DNA of 64,000 bases from a virus (lineage: Duplodnaviria; Caudoviricetes): positions 9,075 to 73,074 of the IMG/VR virus record IMGVR_UViG_3300036783_000183; one strand, given 5' to 3'. Below the pieces are notes generated by a model. It saw only the letters and a program-made list of their open reading frames with translations, had not been told where the DNA came from and made no database searches. Shown here in pieces: positions 9,280 through 16,146 of the stretch. The first letter of the stretch is position 1. The number at the start of each line of letters is the position of its first letter. The translations under genes were made by a program, and so were the position numbers.

Positions 9280-9938
9280 TGGCCAGGGAGTTCTTCACGC
9301 GCGAGCAGGCCATCGAGGCCGCCCGGGACACCGACGCGCTGGCGGAGCTGATCGGCATGCCGTACGCGGAGTGGGCCAACCAGTGCCACGAGGTCTCGCT
9401 CCGGCTGCTGAAGACCGGGCGGTTCGGGCCCGGCCGGGTGGCGCGCGGGATGGCCCACGGCATCGGCAGCCAGCACAGCTGGATCGTGCTCAGCTGGGAC
9501 GTGTACGACGACGAGGCACCGGTCGTCGACCCGACCTACGTCGCGACGCTGCGGTCCCTGGGCGCCGAGGGCGCGGAGACGATGCCGGACATCCTGGTCG
9601 ACGATGCCTGGCGGCTGAGCAACCGGCCGCACGGGAAAGGCTCGATCTGGGCCTACGGGCGGCCGGCCGAGCCGGCGGGCCCGGTCATCGAGCTGACGCC
9701 CTCCTTCGGGCTGTCGAAGGAGACCCGGCGCTTCCTGAAGCTGCTCGGCCCGCTGGACTACCGGGGCTGGTGCCAGCTGTCCAGCGGGCCCCTGCAGGAG
9801 TGGCCGGCCGGGGAGATCCTGCGGGCCATGTGCGACACGCCGGAGCTGAAGGTGGCCGCGCCCATCGATCACGTCGGCATGGTGACCGACCTGAACCCGC
9901 TCGGGCGGTACCTGAACCCGGCCGACCTGGAGGGCTGA
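9279..9938 (+). CDS. Hypothetical protein (NQCHEVS...QHSWIV; papain/transglutaminase-like motif possible)
   Basis: TGATG coupling; last gene of the plus-strand cassette. Confidence 0.6.
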   Translation: MAREFFTREQAIEAARDTDALAELIGMPYAEWANQCHEVSLRLLKTGRFGPGRVARGMAHGIGSQHSWIVLSWDVYDDEAPVVDPTYVATLRSLGAEGAETMPDILVDDAWRLSNRPHGKGSIWAYGRPAEPAGPVIELTPSFGLSKETRRFLKLLGPLDYRGWCQLSSGPLQEWPAGEILRAMCDTPELKVAAPIDHVGMVTDLNPLGRYLNPADLEG

Positions 9939-9940
9939 GC

Positions 9941-11044
9941 CTACAGCGCGGCCAGCTCGGCCGCCTCGGCCAGCCCGGCCATGCCCCCGGCGCCCTCGCC
10001 CGCACCGGGCATCATGCTCTTCAGCCCTCTCCATTCCAGGCCGTGCTGGACCATGCCCCCGGACCCGGAACCGGTCCCGCGTTCCGACCCGGGCCCGGGG
10101 GAGTCCACCGGCTCGTCGCTCAGCACGGACCCGGCCAGGTCGGCCCGGTGCAGGTAGCCGCCCACCACCTTGCGGGCCACCCGGCGGCACTCGCTGGCGG
10201 GCAGCTGCGGGTTGGACGCGGCCACCGACGCGGCCACCGCCTCGACCTGGCGGCGCACCGGGTCACGGCGCGCGGCCGTGATGTCCTGAGCGGGCGTCAG
10301 GTCGAAGCCGGACCCGGCCTGGCCCGCGCGGCCCGCACCGGCCCCTGCGGCCTGCTGGGCGCCCGGCAGCTGGCCTCCGGCGGCCATGCCGTCCGGGGTG
10401 GACGTGGCGCCGCCGGCCCCGGCCGGCATCGTCGCCCCGCCGGCCCCGGTGTTCGGCATCCCGGTCACCGGGGTGCCGCCCGACGTGAGCGCGGTCCGGC
10501 AGCTGCACGCGTCCGGCCGCCGGCGGCAGCTCCGGCACTTGCCCTTCTTGGTCAGCCCGGCCGCGCAGACGCAGCGGCGGGCGGCCGTGGTCCCGGGAGC
10601 AGGCTGCTGCTGGACCTGCGGCTCGGCCACCTGGGTCACGCGCGGGTCCGGGCCGCCCGGCGGGCCCTGGGGGATCTCGGAGTAGCCGTGGCTGAAGTCC
10701 GGGCCCTCGTTGTGCTCGTCGGGCTTCTCCGCGCCGCCAGGGCCGCCCTGGCCGCCCTGCAGCATGGGGGCCACCGGGTCATCACCCTCCAGCAGCGCCT
10801 CGCGCAGCAGCGCGTACCGGCGCCGGGCGGCATCTTCCAGCTCGCCGGGCTCCAGCCCGCAGTCGGCGGCGATCCGCTCGATCCGGTCGCCGGCGTAGGC
10901 CAGCCGGTGCTCCAGCTCACGCGAGCTGGCCGCCTGGAACACGAAGTCGTACACCGCCATCATCTGGGCGTCGGCCTGGGCCAGTGACGCCTGGCGTGCT
11001 TCGAGATCGTGATCGGCGCCGGCCTCGTGCCATAGATCAGACAT
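9941..11044 (-). CDS. Low-complexity putative head/scaffold-associated protein
   Basis: ATG 11044 after GGGAGG; Gly/Ala-rich; HEAG and RQAS motifs shared with other virion-region proteins. Confidence 0.65.
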   Translation of the reverse strand: MSDLWHEAGADHDLEARQASLAQADAQMMAVYDFVFQAASSRELEHRLAYAGDRIERIAADCGLEPGELEDAARRRYALLREALLEGDDPVAPMLQGGQGGPGGAEKPDEHNEGPDFSHGYSEIPQGPPGGPDPRVTQVAEPQVQQQPAPGTTAARRCVCAAGLTKKGKCRSCRRRPDACSCRTALTSGGTPVTGMPNTGAGGATMPAGAGGATSTPDGMAAGGQLPGAQQAAGAGAGRAGQAGSGFDLTPAQDITAARRDPVRRQVEAVAASVAASNPQLPASECRRVARKVVGGYLHRADLAGSVLSDEPVDSPGPGSERGTGSGSGGMVQHGLEWRGLKSMMPGAGEGAGGMAGLAEAAELAAL

Positions 11045-11087
11045 GCCCTGCCTCCCGGAGTTCTCTATCCTTCCGGGGGACAGGGCA

Positions 11088-11189
11088 ATGCCTGCCGGGC
11101 CTCGCCTCGCCGAGCCGCACCTCGACGGCCGCACCACGCCGGGCCCTCCCTCACCGGGCCCTGCCTAGCCTTGACTGCCTTGCTGCCTG
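11088..11189 (-). ncRNA. GGY-NN pentamer mini-array (2 guide-like units)
   Basis: Minus strand: GGCAG TCAA GGCTA GGCAG GGCCC GGTGA GGGAG GGCCC GGCGT GGTGC GGCCG TCGA GGTGC GGCTC GGCGA GGCGA GGCCC GGCAG GCA. Delimiters at 11173 and 11124, 49 nt apart. Confidence 0.65.
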
Positions 11190-12119
11190 CTAGCTGAGAG
11201 GATTCACGACCGGAGTGTCCGGCGGAGGCTCCTCAGTTTCCGCTGACGGCTTCCAGCACCATGCCGGCCCCATGTTGAACAGCCCGATGACCCAGCTGCC
11301 GGGCAGGCCCGATGACGGCGGCCTCGGCTCGTAGCTGGGCAGGTCGTTGCTGACGTAGTACGTCGGCACCGCGAAAGCCCGGACCAGCGCGTCGCCTTCC
11401 TGGAGCCACGTCCAGATGCCACGGTTCATGTCCGGCACGTCGGGATGGCCGGGGAGCTGGTCGGGGTCGATGCTCGGGTAGCCGACCGGCGGATCCGGCC
11501 AGATGACCGGCGGGTAATAGATCGGGTGCTCGGGATGCGCGCCCTCCGGCGGCGTCGGCGGCGGCAGCACGATCGGGTGCGCCGGGTGACCGGGTGACGG
11601 CCAGATACCCGGGGGCGGGCCGCCCGACGCAGGCGGGTAGTAGATCGGCGGCGTCGGCGTCGGCTGCGGCCCCGGAAGACCGATGTCCACGTACGGGGGC
11701 AGGTAGATCGGATGCGTCGGCACCCCTGGAGCAATCGCATCGGGAGGGATCACGATCGGATGCGCCGGCTCGACCGGCGGAAGGACGATCGGGTGTGTCG
11801 GCACCCCTGGAGCGATGGCCCCGGGAGGGATCACGATCGGGTGCGTAGGCTCACCCGGAAGGTAGATCGGGTGCGCCGGGACGCCAGGCGCAATCGCGTC
11901 AGGAGGGATCACGATCGGGTGCGCCGGGACCGGCGGGTAGTAGATCGGCGGGGTGACGCTCGGCGGCGGGCCGCCCGGGGCGATCGGGTGGGCGGGCCAG
12001 CCGGGCACCCCGAAGCCGGGGTCTACCGGCCCGGTGGGCGGGTAGTAGATGGGCGGAGTGGGTGTTCCGCCAGGTCGCTCTGGCACCCACGCTTCGACGA
12101 TGACGTACTGCCGGCCCAT
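11190..12119 (-). CDS. Proline-rich repeat protein (PxHPI[VY][IL]PP repeats)
   Basis: 309-aa ORF with a GGAGAG RBS; ~10 HPI repeats, including three near-identical HPIVIPPxAIAPGVP units. Confidence 0.8.
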   Translation of the reverse strand: MGRQYVIVEAWVPERPGGTPTPPIYYPPTGPVDPGFGVPGWPAHPIAPGGPPPSVTPPIYYPPVPAHPIVIPPDAIAPGVPAHPIYLPGEPTHPIVIPPGAIAPGVPTHPIVLPPVEPAHPIVIPPDAIAPGVPTHPIYLPPYVDIGLPGPQPTPTPPIYYPPASGGPPPGIWPSPGHPAHPIVLPPPTPPEGAHPEHPIYYPPVIWPDPPVGYPSIDPDQLPGHPDVPDMNRGIWTWLQEGDALVRAFAVPTYYVSNDLPSYEPRPPSSGLPGSWVIGLFNMGPAWCWKPSAETEEPPPDTPVVNPLS

Positions 12120-12174
12120 GGCTCTCCTTTTTCTCTATGATTACTGATTCACCGATGATGCTACAGGTACCTTG

Positions 12175-13605
12175 ATTGCTTTACCACGCCGGGCCGAGCC
12201 TCACCAGGACCTGCCTAGACGCAACTGCCTTGCCGCGCGATGCCGAGACGAGCCCCGACGAGACGTACTCACCCTGCCCAGCGCCGACTGCCATGCCCGG
12301 CGTTGCCGGGCCAAGACCCGCCGTTCCCCGGCGAGCGGTACCACGACTGCCTTGCCCGGCCAGGCTGCGATGTGCCCCGCCTTCCCGTACCACGCCCGCC
12401 AGGCGATGACCCACCGCGCCACGCGGTGACCAGCCCTGCCTACCCGCACCCGGCCAAGACGGCCTCGCCGCCCTTGCCTCGCCAAGCGACCCACGCCAGG
12501 CCCAGATCGGCCGCGACTGCCGTGCCAGGCTAGGCCAGGACTGGACGTACCGAGACCCGCCGTGCCATGACTGCCTCGCCCTACGCTCCGTGCCGGACCG
12601 AGCGCCACCGGGCCCAGGCATGCCGAGCCCCGCGTTTGCCTGCCCAGCCTTGCCCTGCCAAGCCGCGCTCTGTCATGCCTAGCCGGAGCCCTGCCTAGCG
12701 CTGACTGCCCTGCCTCGCCAGGCCAAACAGCCCTCGCCGGGGAGTGCCCCGCCTGGACGGCCGAGCCACGCCATGCGCTCCCGCCGTTCCGCGCCGTGCG
12801 CCGCCACGTGGTGCCAGGACACGCCGCGCCTGGCCTTACCTGCCGCGCCAAGCCTTGCACAGCCAGGGCGCGCCGTGCCTTGCGCCTCCGGCCGCGCCAA
12901 GCATCACCTCGCGACGCCACCCCGTGCCTAGCCCGGCCATCCTGCCGGGCCCCGCCATGCCTTGCCGCTCTGCGCCAGGACTCGCACGACCCGGCCAGGC
13001 CTAACCTGCCCTGCCGTGCCATGCCTCTCCTGGCCCGGACATGCCAAGCCTTGACTGCCGTGCCGCACCGTGCCAAGCGATGCCCTGCCCAGCCGACCAG
13101 GACGAGCCTGCCCCGCCAGGCCGGGCCTTGCCGAGCATCGCCCTCCCCGCACTGCCCAGACGGCCTCACCCGTCCGTGCCAGGACGCACCTGGCCAGGCT
13201 TTGCCTCGACGGCCGGGCCAGGCCTTGCCTTGCCTTGCCATGACACGCCAGGACACGCCACCGCCACGCCAAGCCGAGACGGCCATGCCTTACCGCGCCG
13301 TGCCGAGCTATCGGCGACGGGCCTTACCACCCCGGCTGTCCCAGCCTCGCCTGGCCTTGACCGGCCGCGCCACGCCTTGACTGCCATGCCATGCCGTCCA
13401 TGCGCCGCTACCCGGGCGTCCCGGTCCAAGCCACGGCTGCCTCGCCTGGCCTTGCCTGGCCCGTCCAGGCGGTGCCTGGCGATGCCTCTCCTGCCATGCG
13501 AAGCCCAGCCCAGCGTTGCCAGGCCCTGGGCCGCCATGCCATCCGGCCCTGCGCTGCCGCGCACCGCCCAGCCCAGCGGGGCCTCGCCACGTCCAGCCGT
13601 GCCAT
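12175..13605 (-). ncRNA. Large GGY-NN pentamer array (VIPR-like guide RNA array) downstream of the RAMP operon
   Basis: Sustained 5-nt period on the minus strand (GGCAC GGCTG GACGT GGCGA GGCCC...). GGC(A/C)GTC delimiters appear as gactgcc/gacggcc at 12286, 12345, 12458, 12515, 12569, 12703, 12756, 13053, 13159, 13208, 13278 and 13379. No credible ORF. Confidence 0.8.
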
Positions 13606-13614
13606 AAACAAGCC

Positions 13615-13649
13615 GGGGCCAGGACGGGCATGGCTGTCGTCCTGGCCCC
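13615..13649 (-). other. Perfect 12-bp GC-rich hairpin between the RAMP operon and the array (processing, leader or terminator element)
   Basis: GGGGCCAGGACG-N11-CGTCCTGGCCCC, followed on the minus strand by GGCTTGTTTAT and then the first pentamer. Confidence 0.6.
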
Positions 13650-13668
13650 GGGGCCCCGCGAGATCATC

Positions 13669-14157
13669 TCAGGCTTCGAGCACGAGCGGCTCGTCACCGC
13701 CGTTGTCGCCGTCGTCGCCGTCATCTGACGGCGGCGTGTCCCGGCGCACCATCCGGATGAAGTCCTCGAAGTGGTCGTACTTGCGCCGCAGCGCCCGCCA
13801 CTCCATCTCCATCTGGCGCTTCAGCTGCGCGGTCATGACCTCGTTCGCCTTGATCTCGTCCAGGGGAACGTAGGCCCGGCCGCCCGGGGCCGAGGGCACC
13901 GGCATCGAGTGGAACACCCGGATCTGCTCCGGGTGCCCCCGCGCGCCCACGTAGACCTCGCGGATCACGCGGACGAGCTGCCGGGCCTGCTGCACCCGGT
14001 ACTTCGGGCCCGCGACATCATCGCGCCACTCGAAGTGCGAGTGCAGCAGGTGCGCCGGATCCGAGGCGGCCTCGACGATCATCCTGGCGGTCAGGATGCC
14101 GCCGTTGGCCGCCCGGATCGCGAGCAGCTCGGCTTCGATCTCAGCCTTGGTCGCCAC
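13669..14157 (-). CDS. Conserved partner protein of the RAMP-like gene
   Basis: LLAIRAANGGILTARMIVEAASDPAHLLHSHFEWRDDVAGPKYRVQQARQLVR; overlaps the RAMP gene by 17 nt. Confidence 0.8.
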   Translation of the reverse strand: MATKAEIEAELLAIRAANGGILTARMIVEAASDPAHLLHSHFEWRDDVAGPKYRVQQARQLVRVIREVYVGARGHPEQIRVFHSMPVPSAPGGRAYVPLDEIKANEVMTAQLKRQMEMEWRALRRKYDHFEDFIRMVRRDTPPSDDGDDGDNGGDEPLVLEA

Positions 14158-15085
14158 TGCCGGCGTCCTCGGCGAGGCCCTCGCCCTCGACGGAGCCCTC
14201 GATCGCGGCCTTGTCCTTGGCCTTGGCCTTGGGCAGCTCCTCGGGCGGGGTGTCGAGCAGCGCGAAGTCGTCCAGGGTCAGGATCTCCCCGTCATTCTCG
14301 TCGAAGGCGTAGGCGGACAGGTCCGGCGCGTACTCGGCCGGCAGCTCGTCCATGATGCCGATCGCGTCGTCGTGGTCGGCGATCCGGAACGTGCCGAACT
14401 CCCCGTTGCGCTCCGGCCGCCATTCCCCGACGCCCACGCCCATGCCGCCCGCCTCGATGAGCGAGACCAGCGAGTCGCGGTCGATCAGGTTCTTGGTGTA
14501 GGAGACGTACAGGGTCGCCGACCACCTGGGGAAGCAGCCCCGGTAGCGCAGGTCGGCCGGGTGGTTGACGCCGGCCAGCCGCACGTAGTCCTCCCGCATC
14601 ATCGGCCGCCCGTCGAGCACGACCATGCGGCTCGGCTCGGTCGGCACGGAGACGCCGTAGAAGAACATGAACTGGCGAAGCTCGGTCATCTTGACCTGCT
14701 TGCCGTAGTAGCGCCCGGCGCCGATGGTGGCCATCTTGAAGGCCATGGCCGGGATGCCGAACCGGACCTCGCCGGTCTCGCCGTTGACGCCGGCCCGGTA
14801 CAGCGAGGCCAGGAACTCCCGGCGCGGATCGCGCTTCTCGGGCTGGCGCCGCACGCCCTGCTGGGCGGCGAGCATCTGCGTCTTGGCCTTCTCGGAGAAC
14901 CGGCTGACGATCAGCGGCGAGGTGCCCACGATGTCGATCGCGAGCAGCTCGGTCTCGATCGGCTTGATGACCAGCTTGGCCGGGCCGCCGGCCGGGGCGG
15001 CCGAACGGCCGCGAGCGGCGCGGGTAGTGCTGACGGTCTGGCCGTCTGCTGCCGGAGCTTCCGGCGTAGCCTGAGGTGCAGGCAT
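14141..15085 (-). CDS. Stand-alone RAMP/Cas7-like RNA-binding protein (Vipr-like)
   Basis: RAMP-like motifs: first strand IDIVGTSPL, GIPAMAFKMA (cf. Cas7/Csm3 IPGSSLKG) and the Gly-rich loop GGMGVGVGEWRPERNGEFGTF. No cas1, cas2 or CRISPR repeats nearby. Confidence 0.75.
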   Translation of the reverse strand: MPAPQATPEAPAADGQTVSTTRAARGRSAAPAGGPAKLVIKPIETELLAIDIVGTSPLIVSRFSEKAKTQMLAAQQGVRRQPEKRDPRREFLASLYRAGVNGETGEVRFGIPAMAFKMATIGAGRYYGKQVKMTELRQFMFFYGVSVPTEPSRMVVLDGRPMMREDYVRLAGVNHPADLRYRGCFPRWSATLYVSYTKNLIDRDSLVSLIEAGGMGVGVGEWRPERNGEFGTFRIADHDDAIGIMDELPAEYAPDLSAYAFDENDGEILTLDDFALLDTPPEELPKAKAKDKAAIEGSVEGEGLAEDAGSGDQG

Positions 15086-15157
15086 GGTTCATTCCCTCCT
15101 CGGGGGTTTGAATCGTGTCGCCGCCCCCGGCCGTATCCGGGGGTGGCTTATGCAGAG

Positions 15158-15187
15158 ACAATACTGATACGCGAAACGCATTGTCAA
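15158..15187 (-). promoter_or_regulatory. Sigma70/HrdB-type promoter for the RAMP operon (TTGACA-N18-TATTGT)
   Basis: tgtcaa at 15182-15187 and acaata at 15158-15163 on the + strand; ~70 nt upstream of ATG 15085 and its GAGGAGG RBS. Confidence 0.7.
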
Positions 15188-15257
15188 AGAACCTTGGTAC
15201 GGAAATATCAAGGTTTATTGATATTCCCCGGGAAAATTGTCAAAAAATCTTGGTACG
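15181..15257 (+). promoter_or_regulatory. Operator/promoter copy (TATCAAGGTTTATTGATA, 15206-15223) flanked by the direct repeat TTGTCAAA(G/A)AA(C/T)CTTGGTACG
   Basis: Direct repeats at 15181-15201 and 15237-15257 in the divergent intergenic region. Confidence 0.6.
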
Positions 15258-15438
15258 TGGTACGGTTCTGACAGGTCCCGCCCGGACACCCGCCCCCGAG
15301 GCCAGGGGGCGGTTCGCCAGCCTGGTGCACCGAACGGCAAGCGTGGTCCGCAGCCGGACCCGGGGGCGTATAGGCAGTCTGGCCGGCTTCAATCCGGCGC
15401 GTCCGGGCGGGATCCCGGCCCGCGCCCGGGGAGGAACG

Positions 15439-15795
15439 ATGACCGACGACGGCAAGCAGCCATGGGCGCCGCCCCGGCCGGTGATCATCGTCACCAGCAC
15501 CTGCTACAGGGGGTACCTGATGGCCTCCGGGCACTGTGACCAGTGCGGCGGCAAGGGCCGCCATCACCTGGCGGGCTGCCCCCGCAGAGGCAAGCAGGGC
15601 ACGCCGAAGGGCCAGCGAATACATCCCCGGGGTAATCCCCGCGACATCCCGAAGCACACCTGCAAGAAGGAGGCAGTCGGCACCGTCACCAAGCGAGTCG
15701 GCATCCGCAAGGACGAGGTGACCACGCACTACTCGTGCTCGATCTGCGGGAAGGACATGGGCTCGACAACCGAGAAAAAGGACCGGCTCTGGTAG
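15439..15795 (+). CDS. Small basic Zn-finger protein
   Basis: GGAGG RBS; CDQC...HHLAGC and HTC...CSIC motifs. Confidence 0.6.
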   Translation: MTDDGKQPWAPPRPVIIVTSTCYRGYLMASGHCDQCGGKGRHHLAGCPRRGKQGTPKGQRIHPRGNPRDIPKHTCKKEAVGTVTKRVGIRKDEVTTHYSCSICGKDMGSTTEKKDRLW

Positions 15796-16146
15796 CCCGC
15801 CACCACCACCGGGCCCCGGAGGGCCCGGCAGTGATGTGGGGGTGGGCGGGAATGGCTTCCCGCAATCGCCGGCCCAGAGTTGCCTACATAGCGCGGCGAA
15901 CCAGCACAGCGGCGCTACCCGTGACCAGCTCCCGAGCGGCCCCGAGCTGTTGTCTGTGCTTGCGCCACCCCGGCAGGGCCACCGTTGGCCACCCGTACCG
16001 GCAAGACGCTACACAGCCGCTGATCCTGCACTGACCTTAGGGCCCAGCCTGAGCGATAGCCCTTGTTCAGTCACCACCACGGCCGTCCGTCGACAGCCGC
16101 TTGAGAACCGACCCTACTCAATCCTGAATAGGATTGCTAGATATTT

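Noticed and set aside
12175-13605. Canonical CRISPR array
   Set aside because: There is no 23-50-bp identical direct repeat alternating with unique spacers, and no cas1 or cas2. Constant and variable bases alternate every 5 nt instead.
12172-13724. Many overlapping 60-360-aa ORFs rich in ARQG/PCLA/AWRG
   Set aside because: They occur in all six frames with a 5-codon period, which is the product of the 5-nt GGY-NN repeat. No RBS or phage codon bias supports them.
15800-16140. tmRNA or tRNA gene
   Set aside because: No GGTTCGA T-loop, no tmRNA 5' GGGG..GGxTTCGAC and no tag reading frame were found. Kept only as an unclassified ncRNA candidate.
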